Source: a virus
Lineage: Duplodnaviria > Caudoviricetes
Length of the DNA stretch: 54,246 bases
Reading direction: 5' to 3' (one strand)
Virus record (IMG/VR): IMGVR_UViG_3300025137_000048
Coordinates: 1-54,246 of that record
Shown: positions 28,543 to 38,122 of the stretch, piece by piece
Position numbering within the stretch: the first letter of the stretch is position 1
Layout of the letters: every line of letters starts with the position of its first letter
Program-made: the position numbers and the translations under genes
Notes under the pieces: generated by a model
What the model was told of the DNA's origin: nothing
Seen by the model: the letters and a program-made list of their open reading frames with translations, nothing else
The model's database searches: none

Positions 28543-30342
28543 TTATTTCCATTGTAAGGAAACACCATGAATTTTGACAGCATTATTTGCTAATGCTAAT
28601 TTCCATCTCATACTTGTTCCACTTGGTTGTCCACTAATTGTTGCTGTACCTGTTAAAATTCTTTGACCACTCGTACCTGTCACATAACCACTATCTGATA
28701 ATGTGATATTGGTAAAATTGGAACCTCCATTTCTTGAAACGCTTGCTATGATATCTGTATTTAATGTTGGTGACGCTACGTTTTCTTGGAATACGACTAT
28801 TCTACTAGTTGTAGGCGCTGTACCTGCTGCAAAAGCATTTGAAACTATTGTTGTACTTGTTGTACTAGCAGGATTATTAATTGTTAATAACATATAACCA
28901 TCATAACCTGAATGTGAACCTGCACATGTACCATATTGTGGTATACCTGCAACAACCTTAGCACTTCCAACATTTGAAACATAACCTGGTTGTGTTGCAC
29001 CACCACTTGTACCTACAGCACATATTGGTGTACACCCTTGAAATGCTGCTTCTGTTGAACCTGATGTAATTTGTGGATGTCCATAATAAGATGAACCACC
29101 GCCACCAGCACCGGAATCACCTGCTGGTAAATCATTATATGCAGGAGCACAAGCAGAACCTCCGCCACCGCCGTAGAATCCACCAGCACCTGAACCTGAA
29201 TATGCAGGAGTGTCATCACTTGCTGGTGTTGTTCCACCCGCTCTGTGAGCAGCACCACCATATAAGAATCCGCCTGTTTCTCCAGCTTGTGGATGATTTG
29301 TTCCACCTTGACCACCTTGTTCTTGATCGCCACCACCACCATGTCCGTGATTGGCTTGTCCGCCACCTGGTCCTTCGTTGTTTGTTTGTGCTACAACGCC
29401 TCCACCAACTGAACCTACAAGACCGCCACCGCCTCCGCCGTGACCACCTTCGCATGTATTTCTTCTATAACTGTTTCCTGAACCTCCACCTCCACCAGCA
29501 ACTACTGTTACTCCTGAACTTGGATATGTTCCTTTTTCTGGTTGACAACTTGCCATTTTAGGTTGTGACATTTCTGCTGTTGCAACGTTGAATAAACCTG
29601 ATAGACCTCCACCACCACCGTGATGTCCGTCTGGTTCTGGTGCGTTAGTACCAAATGTATTTCCGCCACCACCTAAACTTGCAGCTTTGGAAGATGTATC
29701 GTGGAATCTTTGACCAAATCCACCTTCACCTACAACGACATCAAATACTTGACTACCTGTAACAGCAAGAGTACCTTCAGCGTAACCGCCACCTCCGCCG
29801 TCAAAAGCAGTTCCTTGTGGGTGCATTGATGAACCACCAGCTGCGCCCCATGCTTGAATTGCCACAGAACTTGCACCACTTGGTACTGTAAATGTACCAA
29901 AACCACCTGCACCATAAGCTGGATTTGTTCCTGCTGTTGATGTATCACCTTCTGTTACTGCTGTTGTTGTAAATCCTGCTGAAGCAGTAATTGAGGCACC
30001 TGTTGGTGTTGTTGAATTTATGTAATAATCATTTGAAGCACAATATAGATCGTTAGATCCTTCGCCTTCGTCAGCACCACTTTCATCATGAAACTCGTCA
30101 ACTACTCCATCAACTAAATTGAAAACTGTAAGACCGTCATTTACGGCCATCTTGAAACCTAATAAAGCAATGTTTTGTTCCATTGCACCTGCTTCTGTTG
30201 TTGTAACGGCACCAGAAATTTTAGTAGAAGCAATACCAGCATTCGAAGCAACGTCTGCATTTACAATTGTGCCATCTGTAATTTTTGCACTTGTAACAGA
30301 ACTATCTGTTATTCCGCCTGTTTTTATCTTCGAAAGTGCCAT
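28543..30342 (-). CDS. Glycine-rich fibre/adhesin paralog 3
   Basis: Same three-part architecture as paralog 1. Confidence 0.8.
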   Translation of the reverse strand: MALSKIKTGGITDSSVTSAKITDGTIVNADVASNAGIASTKISGAVTTTEAGAMEQNIALLGFKMAVNDGLTVFNLVDGVVDEFHDESGADEGEGSNDLYCASNDYYINSTTPTGASITASAGFTTTAVTEGDTSTAGTNPAYGAGGFGTFTVPSGASSVAIQAWGAAGGSSMHPQGTAFDGGGGGYAEGTLAVTGSQVFDVVVGEGGFGQRFHDTSSKAASLGGGGNTFGTNAPEPDGHHGGGGGLSGLFNVATAEMSQPKMASCQPEKGTYPSSGVTVVAGGGGGSGNSYRRNTCEGGHGGGGGGLVGSVGGGVVAQTNNEGPGGGQANHGHGGGGDQEQGGQGGTNHPQAGETGGFLYGGAAHRAGGTTPASDDTPAYSGSGAGGFYGGGGGSACAPAYNDLPAGDSGAGGGGSSYYGHPQITSGSTEAAFQGCTPICAVGTSGGATQPGYVSNVGSAKVVAGIPQYGTCAGSHSGYDGYMLLTINNPASTTSTTIVSNAFAAGTAPTTSRIVVFQENVASPTLNTDIIASVSRNGGSNFTNITLSDSGYVTGTSGQRILTGTATISGQPSGTSMRWKLALANNAVKIHGVSLQWK

Positions 30343-30346
30343 TATA

Positions 30347-30553
30347 TTATCCTTCGCTTACTTTTGTTCCAAAGTAACCTGTTGCTGCATTAACTTTTTG
30401 TGTTGCAGCATTACTTTCACTAGTAACGTCATATGCTGAAGAGGTTAAATCTGTAAATGTTGAACCATCTACATTTTTAATCTTAGCATTTGCTTGAGGT
30501 TTTGCGTTTGGTCTTTTGTCTATGATTTCTGTTTTTAAACTCTTTACTGGCAT
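30347..30553 (-). CDS. Small hypothetical protein inside the paralog array
   Basis: 68 aa ORF with its own TATAAATA box and AGGAG RBS. Confidence 0.7.
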   Translation of the reverse strand: MPVKSLKTEIIDKRPNAKPQANAKIKNVDGSTFTDLTSSAYDVTSESNAATQKVNAATGYFGTKVSEG

Positions 30554-30574
30554 TATAATCTCTCCTTGTAATAC

Positions 30575-30582
30575 TATTTATA
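30575..30582 (-). promoter_or_regulatory. T4 late promoter (TATAAATA)
   Basis: Exact consensus, with a second overlapping ATAAATA at 30581-30587. Confidence 0.8.
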
Positions 30583-30583
30583 T

Positions 30584-32305
30584 TTATGCCCAACTAAGCG
30601 ACACACCATGAATTTTACTTTGATTGTTTGCTAATGCCAGTTTCCATCTCATTGATGTACCTGATGGTTGACCTGCAATTGATACTGTTCCAGTCAAAAT
30701 TCTTTGACCACTAGATCCTGTAATATATCCTTCGTCTGATAATGTAACATTTGTAAAATTAGATCCACCGTTTCTAGAAACACTTGCTATAATATCAGTA
30801 TTTAATGTAGGTGTATCTACGTTCTCTTGAAATACTACAATACGACTTGTACTTGGCGCTGAACCTGCTGTAAAGGCATTTGAAACTATTGTTGTAGATG
30901 TTGCTTGTGCAGCTGCTGTTCCTGTAATAAGAACGAAACCATCTTCTCCTCTACCTGAATTTGGAGTAGGAGCACCACCGGCACCTGAACCTGGAGGAGC
31001 AGAATATTCTGGATTAACTCCACCACCTTCTCCTGTTTGAGGTGAATAACCTGTTTTAGAAACACCGGCACTTTCACCACTACTTTCAGCGTCACCAGCA
31101 GCACATGTTGCACCTGATGTAATTTGAGGATGACCGTAGTATGAACTACCTCCACCTCCACCACCTGCGTGACCTGTTTCTCCGCCTTCTCTAAATCCTG
31201 ATGAACCACCGCCACCACCATACCAACCTCCGCCGCCTCCGCCGCCTTTATTGGTATATGGTTCTGGAGCACATCCTGTTGCTGCGTTACCGCCTTGAAA
31301 TTGAGCACCGGTTTGACCTGAACCACCTTTATTATTTGGGTGTGTTCCTTGAGGGGCACCTTGACCGCCTGATGTTTGACCACCACCGCCACCGTGACCT
31401 GCTAGTACACCACCGGCACCTGATTGACTTGCAATATGTCTTACTGTTCCTGCTGGTGAAGCACTTTCTGGATCATGAATAAATCCTATGAGACCACCGC
31501 CTCCGCCTCCACCACTACATCCTATTTTACCTACGTTGAAACAACCAATAGGATTACCTTTGTTATAGAAACCACCTGATTGAGGTAAGTCTGCTGCTCC
31601 TCCACCTGAACCTGCAATTACATATGCTTCAGGACCAGAATCCATTTGAGGAAATGCTTCAACACCAGTTGCAAAGACACCGGCAACACCGCCACCTCCA
31701 CCACCAGCACCGCCGGGATCTGGTCCACCTGGACCTCCATCACCGCCTCCGCCACCACCGGATTCTCCTGTGACACCGCCACCTTCTCCTGCAATTACTT
31801 TTAATGTTTGACTTGCTGTAACTGCCAAAGTACCTTCAGCGTAACCGCCACCTCCACCATTACGATAATCTCTACCTAGTGGACCTTGTCCTTGTCCGTT
31901 ACCACCTGCACCCCATACTGATATACTAGCAGAGGTCATACCTGTTGGTACTGTAAATGTTCCTAATTCTATACTTGGTGTTGTTCCGTGTTGTGGGTTT
32001 GCACCTGCTGTTGATGTATCTGCTTCTGATACTGTGGTCATTGTAAACCCAGCAGAATATGGTACGGCTGAACCGTCTGGTGTTGTCGAGTTTAAATAGA
32101 TATCACTAGCGGCAACATAATTGTCGTTAGTTCCTTCTCCTTCGTCAGTACCGGATTCGTCATGAAACTCATCTACTACACCATCTACTAAATTAAAAAC
32201 TGTTAAGGAATCGTTAACGGCCATCTTGAAACCAAGAAGACCTACGTTGATTTGTTTACCTACTTCTCCAGCGCTAAAATTATCTAAATCTATTTTTTGT
32301 GTCAT
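30584..32305 (-). CDS. Glycine-rich fibre/adhesin paralog 4 (short N-terminus)
   Basis: Same architecture but lacks the N-terminal TSAKI-type repeats. Confidence 0.8.
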   Translation of the reverse strand: MTQKIDLDNFSAGEVGKQINVGLLGFKMAVNDSLTVFNLVDGVVDEFHDESGTDEGEGTNDNYVAASDIYLNSTTPDGSAVPYSAGFTMTTVSEADTSTAGANPQHGTTPSIELGTFTVPTGMTSASISVWGAGGNGQGQGPLGRDYRNGGGGGYAEGTLAVTASQTLKVIAGEGGGVTGESGGGGGGDGGPGGPDPGGAGGGGGGVAGVFATGVEAFPQMDSGPEAYVIAGSGGGAADLPQSGGFYNKGNPIGCFNVGKIGCSGGGGGGGLIGFIHDPESASPAGTVRHIASQSGAGGVLAGHGGGGGQTSGGQGAPQGTHPNNKGGSGQTGAQFQGGNAATGCAPEPYTNKGGGGGGGWYGGGGGSSGFREGGETGHAGGGGGGSSYYGHPQITSGATCAAGDAESSGESAGVSKTGYSPQTGEGGGVNPEYSAPPGSGAGGAPTPNSGRGEDGFVLITGTAAAQATSTTIVSNAFTAGSAPSTSRIVVFQENVDTPTLNTDIIASVSRNGGSNFTNVTLSDEGYITGSSGQRILTGTVSIAGQPSGTSMRWKLALANNQSKIHGVSLSWA

Positions 32306-32308
32306 AAT

Positions 32309-33856
32309 CTATTTCCATTGTAGTGACACGCCATGAATTTTACTAACATTATTAGCAAGCGCCAGTTTCCATCTCATTGCTGTACCACTTGGTTGACCTG
32401 ATATATCAACAGATCCAGTTAATATTCTTTGTCCGCTTGCACCTGTGACATAACCACTATCTGATAACGTAACGTTAGTAAAGTTAGATCCACCGTTTCT
32501 AGATATACTAGCAACAATGTCTGTGTTTAATGTTACACTATTCTCTTGAAATACGACTATTCTACTTGTTGTAGGAGCACTACCTGCTGTAAAAGCATTT
32601 GAAACTATTGTTGTTGAAGCTGTTGATCCTGGTCCTGTTGCTGTAATTAAAGCATATCCTTCTTCACCATTTGCTCGAGCAGTTGCACCACCTTCATTTG
32701 TACTTGCAACATAACCGCCATCAGCGACACCACCACCTTCACATAAAGCACCTGCTTCTGTTGAACCTGATGTTACTTGTGGGTGTCCATAATAAGATGA
32801 ACCTCCGCCACCTCCACCATAAACTCCACCTGAACCATTACCTGCACCGCCGCCGTAGTAACCTCCACCACCAGCACCGGATTCTGAACTTGATTGACCG
32901 CCATTTAATATTGCGCCATTGTATGTACTATCTACACCTTGACCACCTTGTTCTTGATCGCCACCGCCAGCACCGTATCCTTCATTACCTGGACCTACTG
33001 GACCACCATTTGTAGTGACTGAACCATTAACTCCTGATTGTCCTACTAGTCCACCACCGGCACCACCTTGGATACCTGGTCCTGAACCACCATTTGGACT
33101 TTCGTTAGAGTGACCACCACCACCTCCGCCTGCAGCGAGAACTGCTATGTGAGGTGCTGTATTTGATTTTTCTTGTGGAGAACCTGAACTATATGTATAT
33201 TTACTTGAACTAATTTGTATCTGAGGTGCTGTAATACCTGCTTGTAATACGGCAGTAAATCCACCACCTTGTGCGCCGTGATCACCACCTTCTCTACAAC
33301 CACCACCATTTCCTAATGGTACACCTGGATGTGATCCTGGATCACCACCTGCACCAAACTCTCCTATACCTACTAGTAATGCTGAATCCGCGGAAACTGC
33401 TAAAGTACCTTCAGCAAATCCACCACCACCACCTTTACCAAAGTAAGAGTAACCTGGATTACCATTAGCACCACCACCTGCACCCCAAAGTTTAATATCA
33501 ATTGATGATACGGCTTCTGGTACAGTAAATGTACCAAATGCACCTTGGTTTGTTGATGGGTTAGAGTGTGTTGTTGATGTGTCTGCTTCTGTTCTTGAAC
33601 CAATAGCAAAACCTGCTGAGAATGCTACTGGGCTTGTTTGATTTAAATAGTTATCACTTGAAGCACAATATAGATCGTTAGATCCTTCGCCTTCATCTGT
33701 ACCTGATTCATCATGAAATTCATCTACGATACCATCAACTAAATTAAATACAGTCAAACCTTCGTTGACTGCCATTTTGAAACCTAATAATGATACGTCT
33801 TGCGAATTTGCAATTTGAGTATTATCTGTGTTATCTGTTGTTAAAAATTGTGTCAT
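32309..33856 (-). CDS. Glycine-rich fibre/adhesin paralog 5 (short N-terminus)
   Basis: Same architecture but lacks the N-terminal TSAKI-type repeats. Confidence 0.8.
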   Translation of the reverse strand: MTQFLTTDNTDNTQIANSQDVSLLGFKMAVNEGLTVFNLVDGIVDEFHDESGTDEGEGSNDLYCASSDNYLNQTSPVAFSAGFAIGSRTEADTSTTHSNPSTNQGAFGTFTVPEAVSSIDIKLWGAGGGANGNPGYSYFGKGGGGGFAEGTLAVSADSALLVGIGEFGAGGDPGSHPGVPLGNGGGCREGGDHGAQGGGFTAVLQAGITAPQIQISSSKYTYSSGSPQEKSNTAPHIAVLAAGGGGGGHSNESPNGGSGPGIQGGAGGGLVGQSGVNGSVTTNGGPVGPGNEGYGAGGGDQEQGGQGVDSTYNGAILNGGQSSSESGAGGGGYYGGGAGNGSGGVYGGGGGGSSYYGHPQVTSGSTEAGALCEGGGVADGGYVASTNEGGATARANGEEGYALITATGPGSTASTTIVSNAFTAGSAPTTSRIVVFQENSVTLNTDIVASISRNGGSNFTNVTLSDSGYVTGASGQRILTGSVDISGQPSGTAMRWKLALANNVSKIHGVSLQWK

Positions 33857-34470
33857 TAAATTAATAATTCTTTAGCTCTAACAGCAACGCCACTTGCTGG
33901 CGCTGTCCCGAAAGTTAATGTTGTACCTGAAACTGTATAATCTGTTGTAGGACGTTGAACAACTCCGTTCTCTGTTACAATTAATGAATTAACATTATGA
34001 CCTGTTGTAATTGTTAATGTTGTAGTAGAGCCGTCACCTGTCATTGATCTTGTTACATATTTAGAAGCAGCAACTTTGTTTGAAAGTAAGTTAGGTACTG
34101 TAATTTCTTTTAATGATGAAGCACTACTATCAAATATTAAAACTGTATCAGCGTCATCCGCTGCGGAACTTAAATCAGTTTGACCTGTAATTGCACCTGA
34201 TCCAATTGTACCAACATCTTGAGCAACACCTAAGAATATAATAAATGTAGTTTCACCTGAAGCAGGAGCACTTGCAAAAACTATTTGTGTACCGCCATTC
34301 GTGATAGTATAACCACTTCCAGGTTGTTGAACAACTGCTGCTTGTGATACTAATACTGAGGCAGTTGAGCCTATAGTATATGTTAAATTAAATGTCGTTG
34401 TTGATCCATCACCTGTAATGTCTTGTCTTTCATGACTTCCGTATGATGGTTGTCTTCCTATATATGCCAT
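33856..34470 (-). CDS. Virion structural protein with two TGDGSTT beta-domains
   Basis: MAYIGRQP N-terminus; two TGDGSTTT...VVQxP...YT...F..APASG modules; paralogous to 36996-37703. Confidence 0.7.
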   Translation of the reverse strand: MAYIGRQPSYGSHERQDITGDGSTTTFNLTYTIGSTASVLVSQAAVVQQPGSGYTITNGGTQIVFASAPASGETTFIIFLGVAQDVGTIGSGAITGQTDLSSAADDADTVLIFDSSASSLKEITVPNLLSNKVAASKYVTRSMTGDGSTTTLTITTGHNVNSLIVTENGVVQRPTTDYTVSGTTLTFGTAPASGVAVRAKELLI

Positions 34471-34475
34471 ACTAC

Positions 34476-34482
34476 TATTTAT
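34476..34482 (-). promoter_or_regulatory. Late promoter (ATAAATA), possibly leaderless
   Basis: ATAAATA-GTAGT-ATG. Confidence 0.65.
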
Positions 34483-36207
34483 CTACTTCCATTGTAAAGA
34501 TACACCGTGTATTTTCATTTGATTGTTTGCCAATGCTAGTTTCCATCTCATTGATGTACCACTAGGTTGACCTGATATTGTTGCTGTACCTGTTAAAATT
34601 CTTTGTCCTGATGACCCAGTCACATAACCACTATCTGCTAATGTAACATTTGTAAAATTAGAACCATCTCTTGATATACTTGCAATGATATCTGTATTAA
34701 GTGTTACACTTGCTACATTTTCTTGAAATACTACAATACGACTTGAAGCAGGTTCACTTGACGCCGTAAAGGCATTTGAAACTATTGTTGTTGATGTTGT
34801 TACGGGAGCCGCTGTTGCTGTAAGTAATACAAAACCATCTTCACCACCATTACCTCCTGATGGATCATGTCCACCTTCACCAATAACATTACTTGCTGCA
34901 TATTCTGGTGTTCCGCCTGTAATAGGATTTGCTGCATATGATATAGCGTTTGTATCGTTTGTTGCGCCTGCACTTTCTGTCATGAGTGGCATTGCATTAC
35001 CTGGTCCTTGACCTGCTGTACCGTTTCTTGCACCTGCATATGTAGCACCTGAAGTAACTTGTGGATGACCATAGAATGATGAACCACCACCTCCAGCGTC
35101 ATTATCGTTTCCACCACCACCGCCGTAGTAACCTGCGCCACCACCACCTGAATGGTTTCCTATACTACTACCACCATTAAATAAACTTCCACAACCATTG
35201 ACATTTTCACCACCGCCACCTGTTTCACCACCTGTTGTTTGTTCACCAGCGCCAGCAGTTTGTGAAGAACCCTCTTGTGTAAATGCAGCTGTTTGACCAC
35301 CTGAAAATCCTACAAGACCTCCACCTGCACCACCTTTTGATTTACAACCTCCTCCGCCTGGAGCATTAGAAAATCCACCACCACCGGAACCTGCGACTAC
35401 ATAAGCGTCTGGTGCGGCTAATGTTGTTTCTGTACTTTCTGCAAGAACGGCTGCTAATCCGCCACCTGAAGCGCCACCACCTGTACCAACTCCTCCACCA
35501 AAGAATGATTCCGTTCCTGGAGCACATGGAGCACCTGGTGAATATCCTCCACCATTTCCGGCAGAAATATGTAAAGTTTGTGAAGCAGTAACAGCAAGAG
35601 TTCCCTCTGCGTATCCACCACCTCCTCCTCCACTACATGTAGCTGGCCTTCCACCACCACCACCTGCACCCCATGCTCTTATATTAACTGAGGTTACATT
35701 TGCTGGAACTGTAAATGTTCCTGAAGTACCTGCCGCAGGGGAAGGTGTTGTTGCTGCTGCTGAAGTTTGTGGTTCTGATATAAGTGTTGTTGAAAAACCT
35801 GCTGCAAAAGAAGCACCGTCTGTACCATTGATGTAGTTGTCATTTGATGAACAGTAAGTATCGTTAGATCCTTCACCTTCATCAGCACCACTTTCATCAT
35901 GGAACTCATCTACTACACCGTCAACTAAATTAAATACTGTGAGACCATCATTAACTGCCATCTTGAAACCAAGTAAAGCAATATTCTGATCTACTACTGA
36001 AAAAGCACTTTGAGGTAATGTAACTGTTTTACCAGTTAAATTTAATGAACTTGCTAAATCATCAGCAGTTACTTGACCGTCAGTAATTTTAGCACTTGTA
36101 ACAGCATTACCTGCTATTTTTGCTTCTATAACAGCACATGAGGCAATCTTTGCTGTTGTGATTGCACTATCTGTTATTCCTTCTGATGGTACTTGTGTTT
36201 TTGGCAT
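34483..36207 (-). CDS. Glycine-rich fibre/adhesin paralog 6
   Basis: Same three-part architecture as paralog 1. Confidence 0.8.
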   Translation of the reverse strand: MPKTQVPSEGITDSAITTAKIASCAVIEAKIAGNAVTSAKITDGQVTADDLASSLNLTGKTVTLPQSAFSVVDQNIALLGFKMAVNDGLTVFNLVDGVVDEFHDESGADEGEGSNDTYCSSNDNYINGTDGASFAAGFSTTLISEPQTSAAATTPSPAAGTSGTFTVPANVTSVNIRAWGAGGGGGRPATCSGGGGGGYAEGTLAVTASQTLHISAGNGGGYSPGAPCAPGTESFFGGGVGTGGGASGGGLAAVLAESTETTLAAPDAYVVAGSGGGGFSNAPGGGGCKSKGGAGGGLVGFSGGQTAAFTQEGSSQTAGAGEQTTGGETGGGGENVNGCGSLFNGGSSIGNHSGGGGAGYYGGGGGNDNDAGGGGSSFYGHPQVTSGATYAGARNGTAGQGPGNAMPLMTESAGATNDTNAISYAANPITGGTPEYAASNVIGEGGHDPSGGNGGEDGFVLLTATAAPVTTSTTIVSNAFTASSEPASSRIVVFQENVASVTLNTDIIASISRDGSNFTNVTLADSGYVTGSSGQRILTGTATISGQPSGTSMRWKLALANNQMKIHGVSLQWK

Positions 36208-36212
36208 TTATA

Positions 36213-36446
36213 TTATCCGTTTGCAGCGTCCCACGCTGATTGTAATTGTGTTAATTTTGTATTTACTGCTGTTTCAGTTGGTAATTCTGTTACTGTATTA
36301 TCTACAATACTTCCATCAACTCCTATTTTATCTGAAAGTCGTAAGTTAGCATAAATTTTATTTTTACTATCTGTCCATGTAAACCATTGGTTAGAATGTA
36401 ATTTTACTAATGCGTCCTCAATGTGTGAAGGTCTAGGTACTGGCAT
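36213..36446 (-). CDS. Small protein, possible fibre chaperone or tip partner
   Basis: 77 aa with PTETAVNTKLTQLQSAWD C-terminus; directly follows the C1q-like gene. Confidence 0.5.
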   Translation of the reverse strand: MPVPRPSHIEDALVKLHSNQWFTWTDSKNKIYANLRLSDKIGVDGSIVDNTVTELPTETAVNTKLTQLQSAWDAANG

Positions 36447-36447
36447 T

Positions 36448-36987
36448 CTATGTGTCTCCTAATCTTATAAATGTGGCATGTGTTTCATTTTGTGAACTAT
36501 GTCCGTGAGTTGTCGTATCTGAACTTGTGCTTGCAACAACAAATCTACATTTGTGTGTAGTAACATTTGTAACATCAAAAATAAAAGATGTACTATAAGT
36601 GTTACTGTCACTTGCTCTTGATATTCCTGCTACTTGCTCAGACGCACCTCCATAAGAACTATTATTAACTGTTGTTTCAACTTGAATTTGAAGTTGACCG
36701 TCTATGTTATCAGCAGTATTTGATACTGTAAATTCTATAAAATAAATACCTGTTGAAGGAAAAGTAAATACACCAGAGGATTGTGTCATGTTACTTCCTA
36801 AACTTCCGTATCCATCTGTATCTGCTAATTCCCAATTTGAAGCTATTGGATTACCTGCACCAGTAAAATCTGCTGTTATTCTCCATTGATTAGCCATGGT
36901 GTTTCCAACACCACCTGATACTCCTGTTTGCAATATCTTACCTGCTGTTGTTACGTTGTTTGCGAATCCTCTTGTTATTGCACCCAT
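36448..36987 (-). CDS. Short fibre-tip protein with C1q/TNF-like domain
   Basis: MTQSSGVFTFPSTGIYFIEF and C-terminal TFIRLGDT resemble the C1q-like F.AP..G.Y.F signature. Confidence 0.6.
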   Translation of the reverse strand: MGAITRGFANNVTTAGKILQTGVSGGVGNTMANQWRITADFTGAGNPIASNWELADTDGYGSLGSNMTQSSGVFTFPSTGIYFIEFTVSNTADNIDGQLQIQVETTVNNSSYGGASEQVAGISRASDSNTYSTSFIFDVTNVTTHKCRFVVASTSSDTTTHGHSSQNETHATFIRLGDT

Positions 36988-36995
36988 TTTCTATC

Positions 36996-37703
36996 CTATT
37001 GTATTGGTAAAAACCTAAAAGTTATTTCTGCACTACTTGCCGGAGCAGTTGCAAAAGTTAAATTTGTTCCTGATATAGTATAGTCATCCGTTGGAACTAA
37101 ACAAACACCGTTTACAAAAACTAAAACATCATTTATTGCTCGACTACTTACACCTAGTGCGAACACGGTAGTTGAACCGTCACCTGCATGTGATTTGTTT
37201 GTAGTGTATTGTGATGATAGAGGATTAAATCCTGTAGCAACACCTTGATTAACAATTTCACTACCTGATAATACTGTAAAAGTATTAGGAGTAAATCTGA
37301 AATCATCAGCACCATTAATTTTAATATCGATTTGATCGTCTGTGTCTGCTGTAAAACTTGTATCGCCATCAGCGTCAAGTAGTAATTCATTACCATTAAA
37401 ATCTGTGTTGACAAATGCTTCATTATTAAAAGTAGTAATACAATATATTGCTGCTGAACTATCTGGAGCACCAGTGAATGTTATTCTTTTTAAATCACCT
37501 GATCCATCTGCACCTAAAGTGAATGCTTTTCCTGACCCGGGTTCTTGTCTTACGTTATCAACAAATACTTGTAATGCAAATTCGCCCCCAGCAGGACATG
37601 CATTTGCTAAATCAAAAGCAACTGTTGAACCATCACCTGTAAAAGTATCTTTAGTAGGTGATACCCTAAACAATTCATTTGGTTGTGCGCCTAAATATGC
37701 CAT
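36996..37703 (-). CDS. Virion structural protein with two GDGST beta-domains
   Basis: MAYLGAQP N-terminus; FTGDGSTVAF...VFVDNVRQEP and AGDGSTTVF...VFVNGV..VPTDDYTISGTNLTFATAP modules. Confidence 0.7.
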   Translation of the reverse strand: MAYLGAQPNELFRVSPTKDTFTGDGSTVAFDLANACPAGGEFALQVFVDNVRQEPGSGKAFTLGADGSGDLKRITFTGAPDSSAAIYCITTFNNEAFVNTDFNGNELLLDADGDTSFTADTDDQIDIKINGADDFRFTPNTFTVLSGSEIVNQGVATGFNPLSSQYTTNKSHAGDGSTTVFALGVSSRAINDVLVFVNGVCLVPTDDYTISGTNLTFATAPASSAEITFRFLPIQ

Positions 37704-37725
37704 TTACTTATCCTATTTACTTATC

Positions 37726-38094
37726 CTATACGTCTTCTAATACTGAAACTAATGCGTCAGCACTATTAGAAGCGCTTGCTGAAACTCTTAATACATCTGC
37801 TGCGGAACCTGTGTTTTGCAAAACAAGTTTGTTTCCTGACATTACCTCTAATGAGGAACCTGCTGGAATACTTGCATTTTTAACAATATGCACATCATTT
37901 GAACCTGCGCTATTATCTAAAAACACATTAGCAGTTATACCTGCATTTGATGTATTTGCAATTGTGATCCCGATAACTATTGCTTCTAATGCTGAAGAAC
38001 CAGCACCTGCAGGTACAGAATAAACCGCACTAGCAGAAGCACCTGAAGAAGTATTTACATTTGTTACTGCAAATCTTTTAAAATCGTTAGCCAT
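37726..38094 (-). CDS. Small virion structural protein (MANDFK type)
   Basis: IVIGITIAN, IVKNASIPAGSSLEV..GNKLVLQ and D.LVSVLE pattern seen in marine phage structural modules. Confidence 0.65.
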   Translation of the reverse strand: MANDFKRFAVTNVNTSSGASASAVYSVPAGAGSSALEAIVIGITIANTSNAGITANVFLDNSAGSNDVHIVKNASIPAGSSLEVMSGNKLVLQNTGSAADVLRVSASASNSADALVSVLEDV

Positions 38095-38113
38095 CTTTTA
38101 TATCCTTTTTTAC

Positions 38114-38121
38114 TATTTATA
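38114..38121 (-). promoter_or_regulatory. T4 late promoter (TATAAATA)
   Basis: Exact consensus, intergenic. Confidence 0.8.
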
Positions 38122-38122
38122 C

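Noticed and set aside
25547-35909. His/Arg/Leu-rich and Val/Gln-rich ORFs in other frames of the array
   Set aside because: They are by-products of GGT/GGC/GGA glycine codon runs, not metal-binding His-rich proteins.
25104-36207. Diversity-generating retroelement or invertase shufflon
   Set aside because: No reverse transcriptase or recombinase in the window, all copies are intact ORFs in the same orientation, and differences are not adenine-specific.
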